DNA of 64,000 nucleotides from a virus (taxonomy: Duplodnaviria; Caudoviricetes), in IMG/VR virus record IMGVR_UViG_3300025295_000098, positions 14,600 to 78,599 of that record. One strand, given 5' to 3'. The notes below the pieces were generated by a model. That model saw nothing but the letters and a program-made list of their open reading frames with translations, made no database searches and was not told the origin of the DNA. Each line of letters begins with the position of its first letter. The stretch's first letter is position 1. Shown here one piece after another: positions 36,726-46,068 of the stretch. The position numbers were made by a program, and so were the translations under genes.

Positions 36726-37366
36726 TGGCATTTCCGGTCAACGTCCCAAATGTTCCCGGTGTGCCGTCGGTCCTGTTCGCGGCCGGCGCGGGACAGTTGC
36801 TGAGCTTCCTGACCGGGGACGCCGCTGGGCTCTTCCTCGGAGCGTTGTTGCAGCAGCCGTGGGGGATCTATTCCGGCGGGGTACCGGTCATCCTGTCCGA
36901 CAATGTGGTCAGCTTCGATTACCGGCAGCAGTTTTCGATATCGGATTTCCCCGTCGAGCGCGGGGGATTCCAGAGCTATGACAAGGTTCAGATCCCCTTC
37001 GATGCCAGGTTCCGGTTCACCGCCGGCGGGTCGGAGGCGAACAGAACTGCCTTTCTCGCCTCGATCGCGGCCGTCATCGGCGATCTGAACCTCTACACCG
37101 TGGTGACGCCCGATGCGATTTATCCCTCGGTCAACCTGACCCACTACGACTATTCCAGATCGGCGCGGAACGGCGCCGGGCTGATCACTGTCGACGTCTG
37201 GGGATTGGAAGTCCGGGAGACCGCGACGGCGGCCATGTCGAGCACACAGAGCCCAACGTCGGCATCTCAGGTCAACGGGGGCACTGTCCAAGCAACGCAG
37301 GCGAACTCGCTGCAGCAGGCGCAGGCAGGGTCTATCGCGTCCCACGGCGGACGGCAGGCGGGATGA
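36725..37366 (+). CDS. Baseplate/tail-tube initiator protein
   Basis: ISDFPVERGGF.SYDKV; YTVVTPD..Y. Confidence 0.75.
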   Translation: MAFPVNVPNVPGVPSVLFAAGAGQLLSFLTGDAAGLFLGALLQQPWGIYSGGVPVILSDNVVSFDYRQQFSISDFPVERGGFQSYDKVQIPFDARFRFTAGGSEANRTAFLASIAAVIGDLNLYTVVTPDAIYPSVNLTHYDYSRSARNGAGLITVDVWGLEVRETATAAMSSTQSPTSASQVNGGTVQATQANSLQQAQAGSIASHGGRQAG

Positions 37367-37370
37367 GAAA

Positions 37371-37709
37371 ATGCTGATCGTTCCGCTCCAGCCGATCCCC
37401 AACCAGACAGTGACCGTCACTTTGAACGACCAGGTGACGCAGTTGAACGTCTACCAGACCGTGGGCGGCCTGTTCATCGACGTGCTGGTGAACAATGTGC
37501 TGATCATTGGAGGCGTCATCTGCCAGGATCTCAATCGGATCGTCCGTTCTCTCTATCTCGGGTTTTCCGGCGATCTGGCCTTCATCGATAATCAGCCGGA
37601 GATCGTCTACGGCCAGAAGGTCTACAGCGACCCGCATTATTCCGGGCTCGGGACGCGCTTCGCCCTGGCCTATCTGTTTCCGGGCGAGCTTCTGACGAAC
37701 GAGGGTTAG
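37371..37709 (+). CDS. Baseplate protein
   Basis: VPLQPIPNQTVTVTL; GDL.FID; LG.RF.L.Y. Confidence 0.75.
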   Translation: MLIVPLQPIPNQTVTVTLNDQVTQLNVYQTVGGLFIDVLVNNVLIIGGVICQDLNRIVRSLYLGFSGDLAFIDNQPEIVYGQKVYSDPHYSGLGTRFALAYLFPGELLTNEG

Positions 37710-38101
37710 TTTCCAACGCGGGAGAGGGCATCCTCGGCCATCAGCTTGATATCGCCATAGCAATGGTCCTCGGCATAGCCCGCGGCGACACAGTGGTGGA
37801 CGTAGGATTCCACAAGTGGCGCGCAGCTCATGGCAAGGAGCGACGTGCTATCGCCGCCCATCATCTTGATCTGCCGCAACCGGTCCTTCTCTCCGAGAGC
37901 ATTGCCATAGGAGCACTTCGCGAAGGCGGTGGCGTTCGTGATCATGTTTTCCATGTCCTGGTTGGCGCCAGCATGGGCATGATCGATGCACGAGGCGACG
38001 AGGATCATAACGCCGAAGGCTGCGCATCCGATCATAAACCGGGTGAGCTTGGGAAACAGGATCGCGAAGACGATCAGAACGAGCAGAAGGCCGATGAACA
38101 T
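37706..38101 (-). CDS. Membrane-anchored/exported moron protein, antisense within baseplate operon
   Basis: Two N-terminal hydrophobic segments then Cys-containing soluble part; ATG 38101 with upstream AGAGG. Confidence 0.65.
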   Translation of the reverse strand: MFIGLLLVLIVFAILFPKLTRFMIGCAAFGVMILVASCIDHAHAGANQDMENMITNATAFAKCSYGNALGEKDRLRQIKMMGGDSTSLLAMSCAPLVESYVHHCVAAGYAEDHCYGDIKLMAEDALSRVGN

Positions 38102-38156
38102 TCCGGAAATGTGTACCTCTGGCCGGCAATAAGCAAGATGAGGCGCGTGGTCCGAC

Positions 38157-39020
38157 ATGTCATTTTCGCAAAAACTAATTAACGTCCAATTCAACTTGGC
38201 GAACGGCAAGTTCGAAGGTGGCGGAAATACCGCAAGTGTCAGCGGCTTGCGAGTGTCGGCTCACATAACGAATACAGGCGGGGCGTCCCAAAGCTGGCTT
38301 GAGGCAGCCATCTACGGCCTGCCGCTTTCGCTGATGAACCAGCTTTCGACGGTCGGCACGCAGTCCTACAAGATCTATCAGAACAGCATCACGGTCGAGG
38401 CCGGAGATACCGAGACCGGCATGACCCTAGTGTTCGGCGGTGAGATCGTCACGGCCTTCGTCGATGCGCAATCCATGCCTCAGGTCTGTTTCCGCGTCAC
38501 GGCAAGACCTGGCGCATTCCATGCGATCAAGCCGGTGACGCCGATCAGCATCCGCGGTTCGGCCGATGTCGCCGGAATGATGTCGGGCCTGGCAAAACAG
38601 ATGGGGCTGGGGTTTGAAAATGCCGGCGTGACGGCAAAGCTCGCCAACCCCTATTACGCCGGGACAGCGCTCCAACAGGCGCTGACGATCGCAAAACATG
38701 CGGGCATCGACATGATCATCGAGCGCAACACGATGGCGATCGTGCCGCCTGACAAGGCGAGGGAGGGCGAGGCGGTGCTCATCTCTCCGCAGACGGGCAT
38801 GGTCGGTTATCCTGCGTTCAATCAAGCAAATGTTCTGGTCAAGGCGCTGTTCAACCCCTCGGTCACCTATCTCGGGTCGATCGAGGTCAGGAGCGACCTC
38901 ACCCCGGCAAACGGAAAATGGAAGGTTAACAGGCTGGAATATGAACTGGATTCGATGGTCCCCCAAGGGAAGTGGTTCATGCTGATGGAAGGCGTCCAGA
39001 TCGGGCAGACGGTGCCATGA
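38157..39020 (+). CDS. Baseplate hub protein
   Basis: IYGL.L..MNQLS, I.VEAGD, ISPQTGMVGYP. Confidence 0.85.
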   Translation: MSFSQKLINVQFNLANGKFEGGGNTASVSGLRVSAHITNTGGASQSWLEAAIYGLPLSLMNQLSTVGTQSYKIYQNSITVEAGDTETGMTLVFGGEIVTAFVDAQSMPQVCFRVTARPGAFHAIKPVTPISIRGSADVAGMMSGLAKQMGLGFENAGVTAKLANPYYAGTALQQALTIAKHAGIDMIIERNTMAIVPPDKAREGEAVLISPQTGMVGYPAFNQANVLVKALFNPSVTYLGSIEVRSDLTPANGKWKVNRLEYELDSMVPQGKWFMLMEGVQIGQTVP

Positions 39021-39685
39021 CCGAAGGATTTTTTGGACAGCGCGGCATAACCGACTCCACGTCGGAAACGAATGCCATTCAGTTTCTCATCCGGCAGGCG
39101 CTGGGCGAGGTTCGGACAGCCATACCGGTCAAGATCATCGCCGTGCATGGCGGCGGCGTCGGGGCGGCTCCTACTGTCGATGTCCAGCCAGTCGTCACCC
39201 AGATCGATGGGCAAGGCAACCAGACGCCGCACGGCATCATCTACGGACTGCCGGTCTCGCGCAGCCAGGGCGGCGCGGCCGGGATCATCATGGACCCGGT
39301 GGTCGGCGACGTCGGGCACATAATCATAAGCGATCGGGACACCTCGGCGCTGCGCTCCAATGAGGGATCGCAGTCCAACCCAGGATCGTTTCGCATGCAT
39401 GATCCGGCCGACGGCGTCTATCACGGCGCCATGCTCAATCCGGTGACGCCGAACCGATACATCAACCTAAACGGCCCCGGCATCGAGATCTCCGACGAAT
39501 TCGGGAACACGATCATCACGGGGGCGGCTGGAATTATGATCAACGGCGTGCTGATCACGCGTGATGGCAAGGTCACGGCGCCGGACGATGTGATCGCAAA
39601 CCCGGGGAACATCTCGCTCGTGCACCACGTCAATACCGATGTCGTCGCTGGCGGCGATGATTCCGGACCGCCAAGGGCAAGCTGA
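39017..39685 (+). CDS. Baseplate spike (Gp138-like)
   Basis: TVDVQP, DPVVGDVG, DRD.S, R.HDPADG, HHVN. Confidence 0.85.
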   Translation: MTEGFFGQRGITDSTSETNAIQFLIRQALGEVRTAIPVKIIAVHGGGVGAAPTVDVQPVVTQIDGQGNQTPHGIIYGLPVSRSQGGAAGIIMDPVVGDVGHIIISDRDTSALRSNEGSQSNPGSFRMHDPADGVYHGAMLNPVTPNRYINLNGPGIEISDEFGNTIITGAAGIMINGVLITRDGKVTAPDDVIANPGNISLVHHVNTDVVAGGDDSGPPRAS

Positions 39686-40035
39686 TGCAGACGCTTCTTC
39701 TCGACACGGTGTCATGGGATCTGACGGTCGATACTGCCGGCAACATCGCTGTTGCTAGCGATCCATATTCTCAGGCCCAGGATGCGGCCAGCGCGATCCG
39801 GACGTTCGAAGCCGAGGTCTACTACGACACCACCCTCGGGATTCCGTATTTCCAACAGGTGCTCGGCTATGCCCCACCTCTGTCGCTGTTGAAGGCTTAC
39901 TTCAATTCGTCCGCTCTGACGGTTCCTGGCGTCACCAACGCTCAGTCGTTCATCATCTCGTGGCAGGACCGCACGATCCGCGGTCAGGTGCAGATCAAAA
40001 ACGATGCCGGGCAAGTCTCGGCTGCAGGGTTCTAA
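39685..40035 (+). CDS. Baseplate wedge/sheath initiator
   Basis: WDLTVD..GNIA; TFEAEVYYDTT.GIPY. Confidence 0.8.
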   Translation: MQTLLLDTVSWDLTVDTAGNIAVASDPYSQAQDAASAIRTFEAEVYYDTTLGIPYFQQVLGYAPPLSLLKAYFNSSALTVPGVTNAQSFIISWQDRTIRGQVQIKNDAGQVSAAGF

Positions 40036-40041
40036 TCATAT

Positions 40042-41472
40042 ATGGCAACCTCAGTTCCCCAGCCGTCGTTTGGCCCGACAGGCTTCATCATCCCGTCCTC
40101 AACGACCGTCCTTGATGGCGTCACGGAAGATATCAATGAAGCCTTCGGCGGCAATCTCAACCCTGGTCTGAACACGCCGCAGGGGCAGTTGGCGTCGAGC
40201 GAAGCAGCAGTCGTCGACAACGTCAATCAGACGTTTCTGTTTCTGACGCAGCAATTCGATCCAGCCTATGCCTCGGGGCGCTATCAGGATGCGCTCGCGC
40301 GGATCTACTTCCTCGAGCGCAATCCCGCCCAGCCGACCGTGGTCCAAGCGCTGTGCACGGGCCTTGAAGGCGTCACCATCCCGGTCGGTGCGTTGGCCCT
40401 GGCGGAAGATGGCAATCAATACCTATGCACCGAATCCGGTACGATACCCGCCACGGGCAACATCACGCTGACCTTCGAATGCACCATTGTCGGTCCGGTT
40501 CCTTGCCCGGCCGGGACGCTGAACCAGATCTATCGGAGCATTCCCGGCTGGGATGCCATCGAGAACGTGTCGGATGGCGTGCTTGGGAACGACGTCGAGG
40601 GAAAGGCGGCTTTCGAAGCGCGGCGAGCTGCATCGGTGGCGCTGAACTCGATCGGCTCGCTGCCGTCGGTTCTCGGCGCGGTCCTCGATGTTGAGAACGT
40701 CATTGATGCCTTTGTGACAGAGAACGCCACCAATAGCCTGCAAACCATCGGTGGCGTTTCGCTCTATCCGAACTCTCTCTATGTCGCGGTGGTCGGTGGG
40801 GAAGCCCAGGACGTCGCGAGAGCCATATGGTCTAAGAAGGCACCTGGCTGCGCCTATAACGGCAACACGACGGTGACCGTTCTCGATACCAGCGCGGGCT
40901 ACGTGCCACCATACCCGGCCTATTCAGTCTCCTTCGAGATCCCGGAGCCACTGCCAATCCTGTTCGCCGTCGATCTGAACAACAGCACGATGGTGCCGGC
41001 CGACGCGGCAACGCAGATCCAGAACGCCATAATGAGCGCCTTCGCCGGCAGCGACGGCGGCCCCAGAGCCAAGATCGGGACGACACTCTATGCCAGCCGG
41101 TTCTATGCCCCGATTGCGGCGCTCGGATCATGGGTGCAGATCATTTCGATCGAAATCGGGTCGGTCAACAATGTCGCCGCCGCATTCACCGGTTCGATTG
41201 CCGGGACGACGCTCACAGTCTCCGCCGTCGCCTCCGGCACACTGGGGGTCGGACAGACGATTTCGGACACGACCGGGAACCTCGTCGTTGGAACGAGGAT
41301 AACCGCGCTGGGAACCGGTTCCGGGGGAACTGGCACCTATACCGTGTCGGAGACCCAGACCGTCGGCTCGGAAAGCATGAAAGCCGCCGTGGCAAACCGT
41401 TTCGATATCGACGTTCGGATCGATCAGGTGCCAACGGTTTCCGCCAATGATATCGTGGTGACGCTGAGCTGA
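40042..41472 (+). CDS. Baseplate J-like wedge protein with one inserted Gly/Thr module
   Basis: TPQGQLA, DP..A.GRYQD, ENAT, VVGG...DVA.AIW.KK.PG. Confidence 0.9.
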   Translation: MATSVPQPSFGPTGFIIPSSTTVLDGVTEDINEAFGGNLNPGLNTPQGQLASSEAAVVDNVNQTFLFLTQQFDPAYASGRYQDALARIYFLERNPAQPTVVQALCTGLEGVTIPVGALALAEDGNQYLCTESGTIPATGNITLTFECTIVGPVPCPAGTLNQIYRSIPGWDAIENVSDGVLGNDVEGKAAFEARRAASVALNSIGSLPSVLGAVLDVENVIDAFVTENATNSLQTIGGVSLYPNSLYVAVVGGEAQDVARAIWSKKAPGCAYNGNTTVTVLDTSAGYVPPYPAYSVSFEIPEPLPILFAVDLNNSTMVPADAATQIQNAIMSAFAGSDGGPRAKIGTTLYASRFYAPIAALGSWVQIISIEIGSVNNVAAAFTGSIAGTTLTVSAVASGTLGVGQTISDTTGNLVVGTRITALGTGSGGTGTYTVSETQTVGSESMKAAVANRFDIDVRIDQVPTVSANDIVVTLS

Positions 41473-42221
41473 TGGTTGATACAGGTCCGCCATATCCTCG
41501 GCCGCCGGCCGGCGTTCCGAACGGCATAGGTCAGTTCGAAATAGGCGTCAGCCCGATCGGGACGTATCCCGGATTCGACGTTTGGCAGACGGTGATCTCG
41601 CAATATGCGAATTCGCCGATCCTGACGCAACTGATCCTCAATATCGACGCCTATCTCGACCAGGCCGTCAATCTCGACATGTTTTATGATTACATCATGA
41701 ACGTGTCGACAGCACAGGGATATGGTCTTGATGTCTGGGGGCGGATCGTTGGCGTCAACCGCGTTCTTCAGGTCCAGGTGGGAGAATGGTTCGGTTTCGA
41801 GGAGGCTTCTCCGGGTGCAGATACATTCGGGCAGGGGGCATTCTATAGTGGGGCTTCTCTTACCAGCAATTTCTCGCTTTCTGATGAGGCATACCGCACC
41901 CTAATTTTTGCTAAGGCTGCGGCAAACATCACCGATGGATCAATACCGGCGATCAACCAAATCCTTCTCGGGTTATTTCCCCATCGAGGCAATTGCTACG
42001 TCGCCGAAGGTTTTCATACCGGCGAATGGTTCGGTTTCGCGGAATCGGTAAACGCCCAAGGGTTCAATCAGGCATCGTTCTATTCCGGGGCTACGATCAG
42101 CACCATGACGATGTCCTACGTCTTCGAATTCCAACTCTCGCCCGTCGAACTCGCGATCGTTCAGCAATCCGGCGTTCTTCCGAAGCCAACCGGCGTCTCG
42201 GCCTCTGTCGTCATAATCTAG
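41472..42221 (+). CDS. Baseplate wedge protein (DUF2612 type)
   Basis: TVISQYANSP, AQGYGLDVWGRIVG, LSDEAYR.LI..KA, LPKPTGV. Confidence 0.85.
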   Translation: MVDTGPPYPRPPAGVPNGIGQFEIGVSPIGTYPGFDVWQTVISQYANSPILTQLILNIDAYLDQAVNLDMFYDYIMNVSTAQGYGLDVWGRIVGVNRVLQVQVGEWFGFEEASPGADTFGQGAFYSGASLTSNFSLSDEAYRTLIFAKAAANITDGSIPAINQILLGLFPHRGNCYVAEGFHTGEWFGFAESVNAQGFNQASFYSGATISTMTMSYVFEFQLSPVELAIVQQSGVLPKPTGVSASVVII

Positions 42222-42231
42222 GAAAAATCAA

Positions 42232-43380
42232 ATGAAGATCTCCGACATTCCGTCGAAGTTCCAAATTCCTTTTGCGAACGCTGCGGGAGGCGGCTTTATA
42301 AGGCCAATCCCCGAAGCCTCTCAGATTGGCATCCAGAATGGGGCCGCGTCGCTGACTGACGGGTTTCCGCCGCTAAATTTCCTTCCAGTTGGGGCAGGTG
42401 GTGTTCCGCCATTCGGACAGGACATGAATGGCATTTTGAACCAATCGACGGCCTGGAACCGCTGGCAGGGTGCTGGCGCCCAGGTCGTTTACGATGCCTC
42501 GCTGTCAACAGCTATCGGCGGCTATCCAAAGGGTGCGCTTCTTGCGAGTGCCACTACCGCCGGCCTGCTTTGGCTGAATACCGTCGATGACAATACGACA
42601 AACCCGGATAGCGCTGGTTCGAATTGGGTTGGGATCGCCAATATCCCTGGGGTCCAGAATGACGCTTGGAACTGGGCAGCTACTTTCGGTGGAACAACAA
42701 CAGCCCTGACAGCGACGCTCGCACCCGTTCCTACAGCTCTCACGGCAGGCCTGCGTGTTCAAGGCATAGCCGCCTCGAATAATAATGGATCATCGGCGTC
42801 TTCGCTCAATGTCAACAGCCTCGGTGCGAAGTCCATCGTGGTATCCGGAGGCGGCAATCCTTCGTGGAGCACTGGGGACATTCTGAGCTTCGTCTACAAC
42901 GGCACAGCGTTCTTCTTGACGACACAAAGCAGTGCCCAGACTGCGGCGATTGTCCCGACAATACAAACTGCCCAGGTGATCGGTTCCGTCAGCGTGTTGA
43001 TCCCGTTCAATACGATTACCACACTCGGATTTTCGGCGTCAACGACAGTATTTCTTGACCCATCCACTACCTATTCCGGGGGTGTCCTGACCGTTGGGCC
43101 GAAGGATGCCGGCACTTGGAGCGTATCATTTTGGATCAACGCCCAGAGAACCGATAGCACGGTATTGTGGGGCTATATCTACAAAAATGGCTCCCAATAT
43201 GCCGTCAGCGGCGATACCAGCGCTTCCGCCGGCTCCCCCTCCGGTATGAATGCGACAATCTCCATCGCACTAAGACTGAACAGCGGGGACAATATTCAAG
43301 GCCGCGTCTTCCAGCAGAATGCTTCATCTAACTCCCAGACTATTCTGGGCAACATGGGCCTCATAAGGATGTCAGCATGA
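42232..43380 (+). CDS. Tail fibre with C1q/TNF-like C-terminal domain
   Basis: GAASLTDGFPP...GGVPP.GQDMNGILN anchor; C-term FN...GTW..S...IYKNG...L.LNSGD. Confidence 0.82.
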   Translation: MKISDIPSKFQIPFANAAGGGFIRPIPEASQIGIQNGAASLTDGFPPLNFLPVGAGGVPPFGQDMNGILNQSTAWNRWQGAGAQVVYDASLSTAIGGYPKGALLASATTAGLLWLNTVDDNTTNPDSAGSNWVGIANIPGVQNDAWNWAATFGGTTTALTATLAPVPTALTAGLRVQGIAASNNNGSSASSLNVNSLGAKSIVVSGGGNPSWSTGDILSFVYNGTAFFLTTQSSAQTAAIVPTIQTAQVIGSVSVLIPFNTITTLGFSASTTVFLDPSTTYSGGVLTVGPKDAGTWSVSFWINAQRTDSTVLWGYIYKNGSQYAVSGDTSASAGSPSGMNATISIALRLNSGDNIQGRVFQQNASSNSQTILGNMGLIRMSA

Positions 43381-43583
43381 GTGACGGTCAGACGTTAAAA
43401 CTTAATCTGGATGATGTCGCCAAAATTACCCATGCCATCGATATTGACCTCGGTGCAGGCCCCGGGTGGCAGGCCATCTCTGGATTTCATTACGACACTG
43501 AAACTCAAGAACTCTTTGTTCCCCGAGAGCTTCAAGATGCTGTTGCAAGGGCCATGACAGCAGCGAACGTTCAAGGCTCCTGA
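43377..43583 (+). CDS. Small hypothetical protein (possible fibre assembly factor)
   Basis: ATGA-coupled to fibre gene. Confidence 0.55.
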   Translation: MSDGQTLKLNLDDVAKITHAIDIDLGAGPGWQAISGFHYDTETQELFVPRELQDAVARAMTAANVQGS

Positions 43584-43600
43584 TTCCCAGAGGATTCGAT

Positions 43601-45223
43601 ATGTTTAGATTTGTCACTCTGGCAGTCGCATTACTATGCGCGCCAGCAGCATTTTCCCAGTCCTCTCCCGGCTTTAGTTACGGGCAGGTTCCGACCGCCG
43701 GGCAATGGAATTCGTATTTTGCGGCGAAGCAGGACACGCTTGGTTACACGCCAGTCAATCGCGCTGGCGATACGATGTTCGGGAAGCTCCGAACCGTTGC
43801 CCCAACGGTCAGCGGCGCGGGTTTTTCTCTGCTTCCAGGTATCGCTCCCACCTCGCCGGTGGACGGCGATATGTGGGTGACGTCTGCCGGCCTGTATGCC
43901 CGTATTAACGGCGCGACAATAGGGCCTCTTTCGTCGACGGTCGGAACGGTCACTAGTGTCGGGATCAGCGTTCCTGCCTATATGGCTGTGAGCAATTCCC
44001 CCGTGATGAACTCCGGGACCATGGGGCTCTCGTTCTCTTCGCAGAGCCAGAACCTCATCTTCGCGAGCCCTGGCGCATCGAGTGGCGCCCCGACGTTTCG
44101 CTCTCTGGTCGGTGCCGATCTTCCTACCCCATCGGCATCATCACTTGGCGGCGTTCAGTCGGTCGCCCCCGCGGCATCCAACTGGATAAGGTCGATCTCG
44201 ACGGGCGGTGTGCCCTCACTTTCACAGCCAGCCTTCTCAGATCTTTCTGGCACGACGAATGCCGTTACGAATGCCATGCTGGCGCAGATCACGACACAGA
44301 CTTTTAAGGGCCGAACGACGGCAAGCACGGGCAATGTCGAGGATCTATCCGCCACTCAAGCTACCGCGATTCTGAACCCTGTCGTCGGCGACAGTGGTTC
44401 CGGTGGCACAAAGGGGTTGGTTCCAGCACCGACGTCAGGCGATGCTGCAGCGAACAAATTCCTTAAGGCAGATGGCACTTGGGCCGTGCCGCCGACAAGC
44501 GGCACGAATTCCGGATACATTTTTGGACTGACACTCTCGAATGATGCAACAGATTCGACAAATGATATTGATATATCTACCGGAACAGCAGGAAGTGATG
44601 CGTCAACATCCGTTCTGATTACGCTTGCCTCCTCTCTCATTAAACGCACTGACGCAGCGTGGGCCTCTGGTACGAATCAAGGTGGCTGGCTCGATGGCGC
44701 ATCCATGCCAAACGGATGGGGATATGTTTATCTTATATATGGAGGTACTTGCGGTGTTGATGTTGGATTTTCTGCATTATTAACGCCAACTCTGCCAGTC
44801 GGATGTAATACTGGGAAGAGACGTATTGGAGCCATCTATAAGGCGGCAGGAGTGCTTCAAGGATTCCTTCAAGATGGCGATTATTTTTGGTATACGGGCG
44901 CTTTGATAACGGATGTAAACACAAATGTTCTTGGCACGTCGCCAACTGATTTTACGTTGACTGTGCCTCCAATTGCTGGAGTAAAAGCAATTTTACAAGG
45001 ACAAATATCAAACGCGTCCACTCTTAGTTTAGCATTGAATGGAAAGGGATTAACTACAGGTGCAACCTTTATGCGCGGCCCTGGAGGATCGGCTTTGGGG
45101 TTGTCTCAATTCGAAATGCGCGTAAACGCATCTGGTCAAATCACCGCCCAAGCAGGAGCGACAAACACTACATTAAACCTATATACGCTCGGCTTTGTCT
45201 ATACGCGAGCACGATTCAACTAA
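43601..45223 (+). CDS. Tail fibre-like protein with signal-peptide-like N-terminus
   Basis: FSYGQVPTAGQWNSYFAAKQD, PVNRAGDTM.G, GLTLSND...IDI..G domain; 3' third visibly AT-richer. Confidence 0.78.
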   Translation: MFRFVTLAVALLCAPAAFSQSSPGFSYGQVPTAGQWNSYFAAKQDTLGYTPVNRAGDTMFGKLRTVAPTVSGAGFSLLPGIAPTSPVDGDMWVTSAGLYARINGATIGPLSSTVGTVTSVGISVPAYMAVSNSPVMNSGTMGLSFSSQSQNLIFASPGASSGAPTFRSLVGADLPTPSASSLGGVQSVAPAASNWIRSISTGGVPSLSQPAFSDLSGTTNAVTNAMLAQITTQTFKGRTTASTGNVEDLSATQATAILNPVVGDSGSGGTKGLVPAPTSGDAAANKFLKADGTWAVPPTSGTNSGYIFGLTLSNDATDSTNDIDISTGTAGSDASTSVLITLASSLIKRTDAAWASGTNQGGWLDGASMPNGWGYVYLIYGGTCGVDVGFSALLTPTLPVGCNTGKRRIGAIYKAAGVLQGFLQDGDYFWYTGALITDVNTNVLGTSPTDFTLTVPPIAGVKAILQGQISNASTLSLALNGKGLTTGATFMRGPGGSALGLSQFEMRVNASGQITAQAGATNTTLNLYTLGFVYTRARFN

Positions 45224-45249
45224 TACTCTGATTTAAAGGAGAGAGGGAC

Positions 45250-45930
45250 ATGAGATTCTTGAAATCAACATTCTTGTCAATTGCCATGATGCTGACAGGC
45301 ATCGTGAATGCTATTGCTGGCGGTCCTGATCATTGGAGTACTCGGGCATATGTCGAATATGATCAGTCTTTCATTGTCGGAACCGGGCAGGTATTGATAA
45401 TCGGTGATAGTATCACCGAAATGTTCTGGTGGAATATATTCGGAAATCATTTCATTTTGAACGCAGGTCAGGGTGGCGCTGGAATAGACCAGGCAATCGT
45501 CAACGCAAATGGGATCGCACCCGTAGCGCTTCCTCATGTTTCACTGGTGATGATTGGCATCAATGACTGTCAGATGCCGACTCCTACGACTGATTATGCC
45601 GCCTGGGGTGTGAAATATGCTCAACTTCTGGCAAGTCTAAAAGCCAGCAGCACGAAGGTATTGGCGGTCTCAATTCTTCCAGTGGACCCGACGGGGTCAC
45701 TTGCTCCAAACTTTAGCACAACCTGCCAGATGAACCTTAACAGTCAGGTTGTTGCCAAGGCCGCCGCCGCCGCCGTTCCTCTTGTGAATGCCAACTATGT
45801 CTTCGGCAACCCGGCTACTGGCTATTCAACCATGCTTCCGGGCAATTCCATCGATGGCGTACATCTTAATTCCGTAGGGCAGACCAAAATGTTCAACATG
45901 TACCAATCGGCAGTGATGTCCAATTGGTAA
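45250..45930 (+). CDS. Secreted SGNH/GDSL hydrolase (esterase)
   Basis: IGDSIT, GQGG, IGIND, DGVH blocks; signal peptide; AT-rich. Confidence 0.88.
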   Translation: MRFLKSTFLSIAMMLTGIVNAIAGGPDHWSTRAYVEYDQSFIVGTGQVLIIGDSITEMFWWNIFGNHFILNAGQGGAGIDQAIVNANGIAPVALPHVSLVMIGINDCQMPTPTTDYAAWGVKYAQLLASLKASSTKVLAVSILPVDPTGSLAPNFSTTCQMNLNSQVVAKAAAAAVPLVNANYVFGNPATGYSTMLPGNSIDGVHLNSVGQTKMFNMYQSAVMSNW

Positions 45931-46068
45931 CGCCGGCCCTTATGTAGCGAACGTACCTATACCGAGGCGCACTGAAGCGCCGATCTGATCCGACATTGCT
46001 AACTCCTTCGCACCCCGCCTCCTCCGGAACCGGGTGCTTTGCCACGCCTGAAAGGGCAGTAAAATCCA

